From positions 7,180,679 to 7,220,678 of the forward strand of contig OY762007.1 of the NCBI GenBank assembly GCA_963665115.1: 40,000 nt of DNA, read 5' to 3'. The position numbers were made by a program, and so were the translations under genes. Within the stretch, counting starts at the first letter, position 1; every line of letters starts with the position of its first letter. This DNA comes from an uncultured Rivularia sp. Its GTDB lineage: Bacteria; Cyanobacteriota; Cyanobacteriia; Cyanobacteriales; Nostocaceae. Under the pieces are notes generated by a model, which was given only the letters and a program-made list of their open reading frames with translations, did no database searches and was not told the origin of the DNA. Below, in pieces: positions 1 to 10,392 of the stretch.

Positions 1-376
1 AACCTTGATTTTTACCTCTTAAACCAATGACTTCCTCAAGAGTGTCGTAGGGTGCCCCTGCCACTGCCAACATTTCATCGCCGGGACGAAGAACGCCGAA
101 TAATGCACAAGCTATTGCATGAGTTCCGGAAACAAACTGTACCCTTACAGCTGCGCTCTGTGCCCCCATTATTTGAGCAAAAACTTTATCTAAAGTGTCC
201 CTGCCTAAATCATCATGACCGTATCCCGATACGCCTGCAAAATGGTGTGCCCCTACACTATGATGGCGAAAGGCAGTAAGTACTCTTTGGAGATTTTGCT
301 TGACCTTCTGGTCAATTCCAGAAAAAATCGTTAACAGTGCTTGTTCTGCTTTTTGCAGCTGTTCCAAGCTGTTCAT
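1..376 (-). CDS. methionine gamma-lyase family / 'aluminum resistance' family protein, N-terminal part (runs off the left edge)
   Basis: Minus-strand reading from CAT at 374-376 gives MNSLEQLQKAEQALLTIFSGIDQKVKQNLQRVLTAFRHHSVGAHHFAGVSGYGHDDLGRDTLDKVFAQIMGAQSAAVRVQFVSGTHAIACALFGVLRPGDEMLAVAGAPYDTLEEVIG, typical of this PLP-enzyme family. Not in the ORF track because it has no stop inside the window. Confidence 0.85.
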   Translation of the reverse strand, partial: MNSLEQLQKAEQALLTIFSGIDQKVKQNLQRVLTAFRHHSVGAHHFAGVSGYGHDDLGRDTLDKVFAQIMGAQSAAVRVQFVSGTHAIACALFGVLRPGDEMLAVAGAPYDTLEEVIGLRGKNQG

Positions 377-519
377 TAGTAAAACCGTTCTTAAATAATA
401 ATTATGCGGATTGTGGCGCTATGGGCGCTACGCTTTGCGTGAGATTCACGCAAAAAGCCCTGAAATGGGCATAACGGACGCGCAGATAATGGCTAATCAA
501 TTCTTAAACAGGTTACCGC

Positions 520-1341
520 ATGACACTTGCTTCATCAACAACTAGAGGACCATTAAATTGGTTGCACATTACATTTTTCGTCGGTTTACATTTTGGAATT
601 TTACTTGCCCTATTCCCCGCTTTTTTTAGCTGGAAAGCTGTTGGTGTCGCTTTACTGCTTTACTGGGTGACTGGAGGCTTGGGTATTACTCTAGGATTTC
701 ACCGTCTGATAACTCATCGCAGTTTTGAAACTCCTAAGTGGCTGGAGTATGTCTTAGCATTTTGCGGGACTCTGGCTTGTCAAGGAGGTCCAATTGCATG
801 GGTTGGAATGCATCGCATACACCATTTACATTCCGATCAAGAGTTAGATCCACATGATTCCAATAAAGGTTTTTTTTGGAGTCATTTACGTTGGATGTTT
901 TACCACTCTCCAGCTTTTGATGATGTTCCTCGCTTTACTAAGGACATCAAGGACGATCCATTCTACATATTTTTAGAAAAGTATATGCTACCAATCCAGT
1001 TCGCTCTGGGTGGATTGCTATTACTTTGGGGTGGCTGGTCTTTTGTGGTTTGGGGTGTTTTTGTTCGTCTTATTTTTGTATGGCACTGTACTTGGTTTGT
1101 CAATAGTGCAACTCATAAGTTTGGCTATCAGACATACGATGCAAAAGACCATTCCACAAACTGCTGGTGGGTAGCTTTACTGACCTATGGTGAAGGCTGG
1201 CACAACAATCACCACGCTTTCCAATATTCTGCTCGTCACGGGTTGCAATGGTGGGAAATTGACCTTACCTGGATGACTATCCAAGTATTACAATTCTTAG
1301 GTTTGGCTACCAATGTCAAACTCGCACCAGTGAAGCAGTAA
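520..1341 (+). CDS. desC: acyl-lipid delta-9 desaturase
   Basis: 273 aa; histidine boxes HRLITHR, HRIHHLHSD and EGWHNNHHAF of the stearoyl-CoA/acyl-lipid delta-9 desaturase family. Confidence 0.93.
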   Translation: MTLASSTTRGPLNWLHITFFVGLHFGILLALFPAFFSWKAVGVALLLYWVTGGLGITLGFHRLITHRSFETPKWLEYVLAFCGTLACQGGPIAWVGMHRIHHLHSDQELDPHDSNKGFFWSHLRWMFYHSPAFDDVPRFTKDIKDDPFYIFLEKYMLPIQFALGGLLLLWGGWSFVVWGVFVRLIFVWHCTWFVNSATHKFGYQTYDAKDHSTNCWWVALLTYGEGWHNNHHAFQYSARHGLQWWEIDLTWMTIQVLQFLGLATNVKLAPVKQ

Positions 1342-1390
1342 TAAGGCTTTAATTATGCGGAAAGTTACTTTTCCGCACCAGATTTTGCAA

Positions 1391-1447
1391 GGTTCGTAGT
1401 AAGCGATTTATCGCTTAATCTCAGGAATAAATTCCTTACTACGAACC
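1391..1447. repeat. nested inverted repeat downstream of desC (terminator-like / dispersed palindromic repeat)
   Basis: GGTTCGTAGTAA (1391-1402) pairs exactly with TTACTACGAACC (1436-1447), enclosing a smaller palindrome AAGCGATTTATCGCTT. A degenerate relative is at about 4112-4165. Confidence 0.75.
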
Positions 1448-1733
1448 CGTCAAAGTTAATCAAAGAGATTATTCCGGAACCGTGTTCAAAATCAAAAATT
1501 TAAAATCTTTTGATTGGCTGGGTTTAATTAACATTTATTTACCTCCGCTTAATAATTCTTACTTAAAGGAATAAGCATGGTATAGCTCGTTTTGATCGGA
1601 AAATCGAGCTTTTTCTTGCGGAAGTGGTGTTAATAAATTGATATAATCCTAAACGCGAACGTTACGAAACTTCGCAAAAAGCGACTATGCTAGTTGCTTG
1701 TATGCGGAATTTTTTTATTTATAAAATTCATTC

Positions 1734-2792
1734 ATGACAACATCAGCAGTAAACACACAGAATAATTCACAGCCAAAACCGCCATCTGACTCCCAACTAA
1801 AGCTGACAGACGTGGTAAAAAGCCTTCCTCAAGAGTGTTTTGTACTAGATGCTCGTAAAGCTTGGTTTAGTGTAGTCAGTAATGTTTTAGCCGTTATTCT
1901 TGGCTACTTTTTTTTGGCGATCGCACCTTGGTATCTTTTACCGTTAGCGTGGATATATACAGGTACTGCTGCTACGGGATTTTTTGTCATCGGACATGAT
2001 TGCGCTCATCGTTCATTTGCGAAGCGTCGTTGGGTGAATGATGTAGTAGGGCATTTATTTATGATGCCGTTGATTTACCCTTTCCACGGTTGGCGAATTA
2101 AGCATAACTATCATCATGCTCACACCAATAAGCGGCTGGTAGATAATGCTTGGCAGCCAGTAGGAACTGAAGTTTATGAAAATAGTGGCATAGCTCTTAA
2201 ATGGGCCTTTAAAAGGTTTTTGCACAACCGTTTGTGGTGGATAGGTTCAATCGTACATTGGGCGCTGCATCATTTTAATTGGAATCAATTTCGTAAGCAA
2301 GACCAAGCAGAAGTTAAACTTTCTGTGGCTGTAGTCGCTCTGTTCGCAGCTATATGCTTTCCTACCCTAATTGCAACAACTGGTATCTGGGGATTTATTA
2401 AATTCTGGTTTATCCCTTGGATGGTGTACCATTTTTGGATGAGTACTTTTACTTATATTCACCATACCGCTCCAGATATCGCTTTTGTACCGGCAGATAA
2501 ATGGGATGCACTAACAGCCCAGCTATCCGGTACGGTTCACTGCAATTACCCTCGTTGGGTAGAATTCCTGTGTCACGATATCAACGTACACGTGCCTCAT
2601 CACATTTCCACAGCAATTCCTTCTTATAACCTGCGTCTAGCTCATAGCAGCTTACAAGAGAATTGGGGAAGCTATTTACATGAAGAATGTACGTTCTCTG
2701 TATCTTTGCTGAAGTACATAACTGATAGATGTCACTTATATACTCCAGAGAATGAATATATTTCCTTCAAGGATTATCACGCACAGCAATAA
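1734..2792 (+). CDS. desA: acyl-lipid delta-12 desaturase
   Basis: 352 aa; HDCAH, HNYHH and HVPHH boxes; overall DesA-like. Confidence 0.93.
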   Translation: MTTSAVNTQNNSQPKPPSDSQLKLTDVVKSLPQECFVLDARKAWFSVVSNVLAVILGYFFLAIAPWYLLPLAWIYTGTAATGFFVIGHDCAHRSFAKRRWVNDVVGHLFMMPLIYPFHGWRIKHNYHHAHTNKRLVDNAWQPVGTEVYENSGIALKWAFKRFLHNRLWWIGSIVHWALHHFNWNQFRKQDQAEVKLSVAVVALFAAICFPTLIATTGIWGFIKFWFIPWMVYHFWMSTFTYIHHTAPDIAFVPADKWDALTAQLSGTVHCNYPRWVEFLCHDINVHVPHHISTAIPSYNLRLAHSSLQENWGSYLHEECTFSVSLLKYITDRCHLYTPENEYISFKDYHAQQ

Positions 2793-3023
2793 TGAGTTCT
2801 GATTTTTTGAAGGACTTACATCTTTAACCCCCAAAAATGTATATTAATTGGGGGTTAACAATAAATAAGAATACAGTCATGAAATTGAAGGTAAGAGACT
2901 ATTTTTTTTAGCGCATGACTAATTTTTGTAATGCCTAATTTTTAAAGTTCAGTCTTTTATACAAATTGATTTTACTGACTTTAATTTGCTCAAAGTTCAC
3001 TTTATATCCGGTAACTTAGCTCA

Positions 3024-4093
3024 GTGACATCTTCTACAATTAATACAGGCAATATTCCTCAAGATGCATCATCAGAGGAAATAACCAAACTTCCCTTTAC
3101 TCTGGGGGATGTAAAAGCAGCAATTCCAGCAGAATGCTTTCAGCCTCAAGTGTGGAAATCTCTGTTTTTCTTCTTCCAAGACATACTAATAATTGCTGGA
3201 CTTTATGCTTTAGCCCATTACTTAGACTCCTGGTTATTTTTTCCCATTTTCTGGGTAATGCAAGGAACGATGTTCTGGGCTTTATTTGTAGTAGGGCATG
3301 ATTGTGGACATCAATCATTTTCTCGTCACAAATGGTTGAACGATTTGATTGGACATTTATCTCATACACCGATACTTGTTCCCTATCATGGATGGCGGAT
3401 TAGTCACCGAACTCACCACAAAAATACTGGTAGTCTGGAAAATGATGAAAGTTGGTATCCGATATCGGAATCAGCTTACAACGAAATGGATATAGTTGAA
3501 AAAATCGGCAGACACTATCTGTTTTTACTGGCTTATCCGGTATATTTATTTAAACGCTCCCCAGGAAAAACAGGCTCTCATTTTTCACCCAGCAGTCCCC
3601 CTTATTCAAACCCTCGGAAAAATGGGATGTGATTACCAGCACCGTACTTTGGAGCGCAATGGTTGGTTTGCTGGCTTTCCTAACCTATCAATGGGGTTTC
3701 ATGTGGTTTCTTAAGTACTACGCTGCTCCATACATTGTATTTGTAATTTGGTTAGATTTGGTAACATTTTTACATCACACCGAGCCAGATATTCCTTGGT
3801 ATCGCGATGGAGAATGGACTTTTCTTAAAGGTGCGCTTTCCAGTGTCGATCGCGATTATGGTTTTATCAATCATATTCACCACGATATCGGAACTCATGT
3901 TGCTCACCACATTTTCTTAAATATCCCTCATTACAATTTGAAGAAAGCAACTGAAGCAATTAAGCCTGTTGTAGGAGAGTATTATCACAAAACTGACGAG
4001 CCAGTTTTAATTTCTCTTTGGAATTCTTTTAGAAAATGCCACTTCGTTCCAAATGAAGGCAAAAAGGTTTATTACACGTATCACTCGAAATAG
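3024..4093 (+). CDS. desB: acyl-lipid omega-3 (delta-15) desaturase, frameshifted
   Basis: ORFs 3024..3632 and 3629..4093 are the two halves of DesB (HDCGHQSF, HRTHHKNTG, HHTEPDIPWY, HVAHHIF). The frame changes in the C run at about 3597-3601; adding one C restores PSSPLFKPSEKWDVITSTVLW. Confidence 0.9.
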
Positions 4094-4380
4094 GTGTAGC
4101 TGTGTAACAAAGGTTCGTAGTAAAGGCTTAAGCCTTCAATCAAAGGACTGAAGTTGTTACTGCAAACTATTATCAATCAATTGGTGCGTGACGGCAAAAC
4201 TTATTTACAGCCCTTTGCAGCTAAATGAGGTACAAAGCTATATTCCGAAAGTCTTGTGGGATGGGCATCCCTGCCCGTCAGAATGTACTTCACCAAAACT
4301 AAATATGCTGTATCTCGTAATCTTTCGATAATTTATCGTAGCCGTCACACACCCTACAATTTGGAAATTTACGATAATAA

Positions 4381-4411
4381 AAAACCCGGTTTTTCCAAAA
4401 AACCGGGTTTC
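4381..4411. terminator. terminator-like hairpin downstream of desD
   Basis: AAACCCGGTTTTT-CC-AAAAAACCGGGTTT immediately 3' of the minus-strand desD; the same palindrome recurs at 28522-28553. Confidence 0.7.
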
Positions 4412-4450
4412 TGTATATGTTAAATCTTTGTCGAATCTTACGGTTGAAGT

Positions 4451-5569
4451 TTAGGAAACTTGGGCTGTAACTGTATTTATTTCCGGAGGATTGCCCATGA
4501 TTCTTAACCAACGATAGTTAGCGGCAATTGCTTTTGTAAAAGTTGGGTATACGTTGTACTGCACATTGTATTCTTCACAGACTTGCGCTAATATCGGAGC
4601 AATTTCTGGATAATGTATGTGACAAACATGAGGGAATAAATGGTGGACGGTTTGATAATTAAGCCCGCCCAGATACCAGTTTAAAAATTTGTTTTCTGGA
4701 GCAAAGTCAACTGTTGTTTTTACTTGAGCAATTGCCCATTCATCATCAACTGTATTATCTGGTAAACTTGGTTCGAGAAACTCTGCTGGTTCTAACACGT
4801 GAGCAAGCATAAAAACATTGCAAATTATTATGCCATAAACCATATTTACGATACATAATCCGATAATTACTTCAATAGGACTGTATCCCAAAGCTAATGG
4901 TATACCTGCGTAAAGTCCCAACCAAACAAATTTTGCACCTATTAAAGTCAATAATTCTAAGGTATTTGGTTTTGGGATATTATATTCGTAATATTTGCCT
5001 TTAAATAAAATAAGCTTGACATCAGAAAAAGACCAATAAAATGGAATTATTGCATATACAAAGTTAATCAATAAATGCTGAAATTTATGATATGACTTAT
5101 GCTCTCTTGCCGGAGACATTCTGACTAAACCACTACCATCAATTTCTACATCATGACCTAATATATTCGTATAGGTATGATGCAAATAATTATGACGAAA
5201 TTTCCATAGATAGCTGGAAAGACCTATGACAAAATCATAAGTTAAACCAATAGTATTATTAACCCATTTTTTCTTAGAATAACCGCCGTGGTTGGCATCG
5301 TGCCCTACACTAAAGCCTACACCAGCAAAACCCATTCCCAGCATGATACAGCCAAGTATTTTCATCCACATTACTGGGGGAGAAAAAAGAATAAATATCC
5401 AGGAAAAAAATACCCATCCTAAGATAATTGCACTTTTGAAGTACATGGCAGGATTATCTCTGGGAGTAAGATTTTCAGACTTAAAATAAGCGTCAACTCG
5501 TTTATTTAATTCTTTTCTAAAGCCAATATTTTTGGCAAAAGTTACTCTGGGAGCTTGAGTTTGGATCAT
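4451..5569 (-). CDS. desD: acyl-lipid delta-6 desaturase
   Basis: 372 aa; GHDANHGGYS, WKFRHNYLHHTYTNILGHDVEI and GGLNYQTVHHLFPHVCHIHY are DesD signatures. Confidence 0.88.
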   Translation of the reverse strand: MIQTQAPRVTFAKNIGFRKELNKRVDAYFKSENLTPRDNPAMYFKSAIILGWVFFSWIFILFSPPVMWMKILGCIMLGMGFAGVGFSVGHDANHGGYSKKKWVNNTIGLTYDFVIGLSSYLWKFRHNYLHHTYTNILGHDVEIDGSGLVRMSPAREHKSYHKFQHLLINFVYAIIPFYWSFSDVKLILFKGKYYEYNIPKPNTLELLTLIGAKFVWLGLYAGIPLALGYSPIEVIIGLCIVNMVYGIIICNVFMLAHVLEPAEFLEPSLPDNTVDDEWAIAQVKTTVDFAPENKFLNWYLGGLNYQTVHHLFPHVCHIHYPEIAPILAQVCEEYNVQYNVYPTFTKAIAANYRWLRIMGNPPEINTVTAQVS

Positions 5570-5947
5570 AAAGAATATTTTCTCGCTTAAATTGGAAATT
5601 GATTTACAGCAAATTTCATATTTTTAAATTAAATTACATCTTGACGCGCAAGCATACCCCTGCTAGAAGAAGTTATTTTATTTAGAATTTGAAAATTGCT
5701 TTAAGCACATCTTACACATCTTACACTCTCAACTTAAAAAGTCCTAAAAATCAGTTTTTTTAACCAATCATTAAACTAATTCGATTAGCATTTTTGTTTC
5801 TTCCGTACTTTTTTCATTAACATAAAGGCAAAATCGATAAGTCTTACCTCGCTATTCAAGAAAAAATACACCCGATTTATTTGAGAATTCTCAAGGTGTA
5901 ACGTTAAACTATTATATTTATCAAAAGTGTCTAAACTATCTGCCCGC

Positions 5948-7231
5948 TCAAATTCTTCCATTTCCTTGAACAATATGTTTAAGGGTGGTCAAACTTTCCA
6001 AACCAATCAATCCCCTACGATGTCCTTTTTGATTGGACATTCCTAAAAATACGGCATCTCCCCATAATGGATTTCGGCTGAAACGCGGGGAAGCATTTAT
6101 GTATGTAGAAGCGCTATTTACGCCTAAAGCAAATTGTCTGCTTTCTTGATAAGATTCAGTCACAATACAGTCGGCGTGTCCGCTACTATATCGATTAATC
6201 CAATTAATTGCTGAATCTAAATTTTCTACAAGCTTGAATGCAACTGTCTTAGTGAAATAAGCATTTCCCCATTCACTATCTTTGACTGGTTGCAATTGAG
6301 GAAATGATTCTCTTAACTCGTCATCTCCCCTCAATAAAAAACCTTTTTCCTGCAAACTTTTTAACAAAGTACCGAATGAAGAAGATAAAGTTTGCCGGTT
6401 AATTAATACTTTTTCAATCGCATTTACAGGATCTGGAGAACTTGCATGGCTCTCATTAATCATCCAGCGCACCATATCCACCAAATTACCATTTGGCGAC
6501 CAGTATAGATAGCAATTACCCATAGCCGATTTTAAGACTGGTGCTGTAGATTGACGTACTACCCGATGAATTAGACTGTTACGTCCGTAGGGAATCACTA
6601 AATTCAAATAATGCTCTTGACTAACTAATTCCTGGATTAACGTACCATGCTCTGCCGTAACCAACTCTATTGAGCCTACAGGTAATCTTGCTTCGGCAAC
6701 AGCCATTTGGAGTACTTCAGCAATGGCTGCATTAGAATGACTTGCTTCCGTGCTTCCTTTGAGAATAATGCTGTTGCCAGTCTTGATACACAAACCTGCG
6801 GCAATAGCTCCTAACTCAGGGAATGCTTCATAAATAAATGCTATTACCCCCAGAGGTGTTGATTGAGAATAACTTTGTTCTTCACCAAGCTGGTAATCAG
6901 CAGTTCTCATTCGCCCCAGTGGATCTGATAACTCCTCCAACCGTTGCAGAATTTTTACCGTCGAATCCAAACGTTCTGGAGTTAACTTTAGCCAATCCAA
7001 GACTAAATCTGGTACCGCCATTTCCCGGCAAGCTTCCAGATCCAAAGTATTAGCTTCTAAAATATCGTCAAACGAGCGTCCTAACGCTTCAGCCATAGCC
7101 ATTAAAGCGCGACTGCGCTGCGCTCCTTTAGTGATGCCCAATTTAAGAGCAGCACCATGCGCGCGCTTAGCTATACGTAAAGCGTCGCCTTCTATCGCAA
7201 TCGGTTGGGAATTTTCAGCAAAAGCATCCAC
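5948..7231 (-). CDS. proA: glutamate-5-semialdehyde dehydrogenase (gamma-glutamyl phosphate reductase)
   Basis: 427 aa; LGVIAFIYEAFPELGAIAAGLCIKTGNSIILKGSTEASHSN and NPRFSRNPLWGDAVFLGMSNQKGHRRGLIGLESLTTLKHIVQG. Confidence 0.9.
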   Translation of the reverse strand: MDAFAENSQPIAIEGDALRIAKRAHGAALKLGITKGAQRSRALMAMAEALGRSFDDILEANTLDLEACREMAVPDLVLDWLKLTPERLDSTVKILQRLEELSDPLGRMRTADYQLGEEQSYSQSTPLGVIAFIYEAFPELGAIAAGLCIKTGNSIILKGSTEASHSNAAIAEVLQMAVAEARLPVGSIELVTAEHGTLIQELVSQEHYLNLVIPYGRNSLIHRVVRQSTAPVLKSAMGNCYLYWSPNGNLVDMVRWMINESHASSPDPVNAIEKVLINRQTLSSSFGTLLKSLQEKGFLLRGDDELRESFPQLQPVKDSEWGNAYFTKTVAFKLVENLDSAINWINRYSSGHADCIVTESYQESRQFALGVNSASTYINASPRFSRNPLWGDAVFLGMSNQKGHRRGLIGLESLTTLKHIVQGNGRI

Positions 7232-7247
7232 AGTAATAATCAGCGCC

Positions 7248-7656
7248 TTAACGTCTGTAAGTCAGCCAAACCATAAGTGCAGGCAAAATAGCCAATAACA
7301 CTGCTACCAGTGCCCAAGTTATAATGCCAGGTCCACTGGCTAAACGCAATGCTAACGGTAGCCATATAATCACTAGCACGAAAATAATACCTAGTGCTAC
7401 TGGTAAATAACTTTCTCCCAGACGTGGATGAACAACTTTCCATCCAGAAACCCGTCCAGCGCCAAGCTCGTTTGTAGGGATAAGTAGTAGAAAGCTGCTC
7501 CAAAACGCGAGCATTTTCCTCTACCACGAATATCTGCTGACAGCGATCGCAACCGAAGGCTTCTGTCAGGGTAATCGGAATTAAGCGTCCCCGACGGCGA
7601 CAGGGACAGGGGTATTCGTTGTTGAAATCGATTTTTTCGGGCTTTTGTGGTTGCAC
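7248..7656 (-). CDS. conserved cyanobacterial protein with N-terminal Cys-rich motif and two TM segments, frameshifted
   Basis: ORF 7240..7656 starts MQPQKPEKIDFNNEYPCPCRRRGRLIPITLTEAFGCDRCQQIF; the membrane half (GWKVVHPRLGESYLPVALGIIFVLVIIWLPLALRL...LMVWLTYRR) is in the other frame (7248..7514). Frames switch at about 7441-7455. Confidence 0.7.
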
Positions 7657-8069
7657 TATACGGCTCTTTTTACAAGATCGCAGTTTACTAATAGGAATAT
7701 TTTAATATTCCCTTTAATTTACTATTCAGAGAAAAATGTTTGATACCGCAATTCTCTCTTCATAAATAATTTAAAATAAGCGAGCAGTTTACCCACTAAA
7801 ATTTCTTTATATCATTAACCGTTAAAAGTATTACTCTTTCTATATACATATTTTGCATTACACAACAATAATTATTTAACTCTCGATCGTATAAACCATA
7901 TTTAACAAACAAAGCCCTATGCTTTTATCATCATCCAGTGTAGTCCATCCCACTGAAAACAGAACGTTTATTTTTAATAAATGTAAATTTTCAAAACATA
8001 TTGATAAACAAACTAAAAGATGCAGAAAAATTTTGTTTTTCTGCATCTTTTAAATCATTATTTCTTAAA

Positions 8070-8140
8070 GCGGGTGACGCGATTCGAACGCGCGACATTC
8101 ACCTTGGCAAGGTGACGCTCTACCACTGAGCTACACCCGC
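8070..8140 (-). tRNA. tRNA-Gly(GCC)
   Basis: Minus-strand GCGGGTGTAGCTCAGTGGTAGAGCGTCACCTTGCCAAGGTGAATGTCGCGCGTTCGAATCGCGTCACCCGC folds as a cloverleaf: acceptor GCGGGTG/CACCCGC, anticodon GCC, T-loop GTTCGAATC. 71 nt without CCA. Confidence 0.95.
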
Positions 8141-8216
8141 ATTTAATTGCTAAATAACAATATCTCATATGCATTCATATTTGTCAACACATTTTTTTAG
8201 AAGATGGGAATTGGGC

Positions 8217-8271
8217 ATGGGGTATGGGGTATGGGGTATGGGGTATGGGTAGAGGGGGTAGAGGGGGTAGA
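8217..8271. repeat. short tandem repeats (heptanucleotide GGGGTAT, then GTAGAGGG units)
   Basis: (GGGGTAT)n followed by GGGTAGAGGGGGTAGAGGGGGTAG, between tRNA-Gly and ribH. Confidence 0.85.
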
Positions 8272-8410
8272 AAAATTATTAATTTACTACTCGCTACTTG
8301 CTACTTCTAACTCATAACTTCTCACCGAACACTTTTCCAATCTAAAATCCCTGCATCCTATGCCCAATCCCCAATTACCAATTACCAATTCCCATTCTTA
8401 AGCTTTCTCT

Positions 8411-8977
8411 TCAGATTGAGTTGGTAAGTTGTTTAAAGTTGCGCTTTTGAGAGAACCTGCCAAGGCTCCAGAGTTGGATGAATATTGCTGTTGCATACTG
8501 GGGACGCAGTTGACGCATCAAACTAGCCATTTCTAAGGCATTCATTGCGTAATCCCAACCGTGATTGCTTTTGATTCCTGCTCTTTCTAAGGCTTGCTGC
8601 ATGGTGTCGGCTGTTAAAACACCGAATATAACTGGTACCCCTGTCTGAAAAGCTGCTGCGGCAATTCCTTTGGCAACTTCTGCGGATACATAGTCAAAGT
8701 GAGGTGTTTGTCCTTTAATTACTGCACCCAAGCAAATTATCGCGTCGTAACTACCCGAAAGTGCTAACTGTCGCGCTACCAAAGGTACTTCAAAGCTTCC
8801 AGGCACCCAAACATAATCAACTTGAGAGCCGTGGGGATTAGTATCAATACCGTGACGCTTTAAACAATCTTGACATCCTTCCACCAGCTTGGTGGTTACT
8901 AGATCGTTAAATCTACCAATTACTAATGCAAAACGTAGGGGTTCTGTTTGAGCAAACGTTCCCTCGAAAATTGCCAT
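8411..8977 (-). CDS. ribH: 6,7-dimethyl-8-ribityllumazine synthase
   Basis: 188 aa; [69 protein letters not shown]. Confidence 0.93.
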   Translation of the reverse strand: MAIFEGTFAQTEPLRFALVIGRFNDLVTTKLVEGCQDCLKRHGIDTNPHGSQVDYVWVPGSFEVPLVARQLALSGSYDAIICLGAVIKGQTPHFDYVSAEVAKGIAAAAFQTGVPVIFGVLTADTMQQALERAGIKSNHGWDYAMNALEMASLMRQLRPQYATAIFIQLWSLGRFSQKRNFKQLTNSI

Positions 8978-9322
8978 AATTACCTCTTTATATATAATCA
9001 GTTATCAGTTATCAGTGACCAGTTAACAGCGAGCAGTCAACAGTGACCAGTATTTACCTTTCATGATAGGTTTGTCAGTTAACAGCAAACAGTAGTTAAA
9101 ATAATAAGAACAGATTTGGATTTCTGACGCAGAATAAAAGCTCTTGTTCTGATTCTCGTTACTAATAAACTTTATTAATATAATTTAATAAGGTAAAAGG
9201 TAATACACTAACTTTTTAATTACTGGTAACTGCTCGCTGAAAAAGAGCAGAAGATTAGCCACTTTATAAGCGGTATTCCTCTGCTCCTATAAAATTTGTC
9301 GGCTGATGGTGAAAGCGGTGGC

Positions 9323-9511
9323 TTAAACTACGAAAAAGTTTAAAATTCCAACTACGACTACCAAAGCAAACCAAGCCGCAGAACCAATCCAGAGGAATCT
9401 CTTGGATTCAACCCAGGTTTGAGGAGTTGCATAAGCAACGGGTACGCCAACTACCATGACGAAAGATAAAGCAACTAAAGCTATTAAAGCAATTTGGAAT
9501 AGGATGGTCAT
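9323..9511 (-). CDS. psbZ: photosystem II reaction center protein Z
   Basis: 62 aa two-TM protein [62 protein letters not shown]. Confidence 0.93.
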   Translation of the reverse strand: MTILFQIALIALVALSFVMVVGVPVAYATPQTWVESKRFLWIGSAAWFALVVVVGILNFFVV

Positions 9512-9792
9512 TTTTCTTTTCTCTTAGACGGAAAGTTCTAAAATTCTATATTCACTACAACCAATGTACATTATTGGTGTTAGATTCCAGACACTCTACT
9601 AGTTTAGATTTTTTGCGCTACTTGCTGCAAGGGGATGAGAAGGATTTTAATTTAGAATACGTGGCGGTTGAAACCGCGCGCCATTTGCTACAACGGAGGG
9701 AACCTCCGCAACGCAATGGCTTGTCTACACAAGCGAAACCCACCTTTGTAGGTTGTGGAAGCTTTTAGGTAATGTGAAAAAATTGCACTCAT

Positions 9793-10368
9793 TTACCAAA
9801 TCATCTGTAAATCCAACACGAAACCAGGTAAAACATCTTCACCATTCAAACTATTGGGATTATCGAAAATTTCTACTTCTTTTCCAATTCGATAAATTTC
9901 AACTTGGCGATTTTTACGATTAATCAACCAACCCAAACGTACACCATTACTTTTATATTCTTCCATCTTTTGTTGAGTTGTTTTCAAACTATCGCTTGGT
10001 GAAAGTAACTCAATGACAAAATCGGGAGAAAGCGGTAAAAATTTAGTTTTTTGTTCAGGTGTTAATGCATTCCACCGTTCTAATTTTACCCAAGAAGCAT
10101 CTGGAGAGCGATCGGCACCATTAGCAAGTTTAAAACCACCAGAAGAATCAAAGACAATTCCCAGGTTGTTTTTTTGATTCCATACCCATAATTGAGCAGT
10201 TAATCCTGCATTACGATTGCTGCTTTCTCCTCCCACTGGTGGCATAATTACTATTTCCCCGGTAGCATTGCGTTCAAATCTTAAATTTTGATTTGCTTGA
10301 CATAGCTGAAAGAATTGCTCGTCTGTTAAATCAATAATTGGGTTTAAATTTAGTGTTAAGCCTTGCAT
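9793..10368 (-). CDS. Uma2 family (DUF820) putative restriction endonuclease-like protein
   Basis: 191 aa; TGEIVIMPPVGGESSNRNAGLTAQL, SPDASWVKLERW, LSPDFVIELLSPSDSLKTTQQKMEEYKSNGVRLGWLINRKNRQVEIYR. Confidence 0.9.
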   Translation of the reverse strand: MQGLTLNLNPIIDLTDEQFFQLCQANQNLRFERNATGEIVIMPPVGGESSNRNAGLTAQLWVWNQKNNLGIVFDSSGGFKLANGADRSPDASWVKLERWNALTPEQKTKFLPLSPDFVIELLSPSDSLKTTQQKMEEYKSNGVRLGWLINRKNRQVEIYRIGKEVEIFDNPNSLNGEDVLPGFVLDLQMIW

Positions 10369-10392
10369 GATATTAAAATAATATATTTATAA

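Noticed and set aside
52-279. 75-aa plus-strand ORF
   Set aside because: Antisense to the well-supported methionine gamma-lyase-family gene; composition is that of a shadow ORF.
3097-3369. 90-aa minus-strand ORF and the 72-aa ORF 3496..3714
   Set aside because: Both overlap desB in other frames; desB coding sequence fully explains them.
5292-5489. 65-aa ORF antisense to desD
   Set aside because: Shadow of desD; no independent signal.
5785-5973. 62-aa minus-strand ORF overlapping the end of proA
   Set aside because: Possible gene but no recognisable motif and weak context; not called.
6838-7053. 71-aa plus ORF within proA
   Set aside because: Antisense shadow of a strongly conserved gene.
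7538-7545. GCGATCGC sites (e.g. here, about 16954, 21597, 29246, 37899) as regulatory motifs
   Set aside because: These are the well-known abundant HIP1 octamers of cyanobacterial genomes, not locus-specific signals.
9574-9768. 64-aa plus ORF
   Set aside because: Half of it translates a GGCGGTTGAAACCGC-type dispersed repeat; no conserved protein signal.
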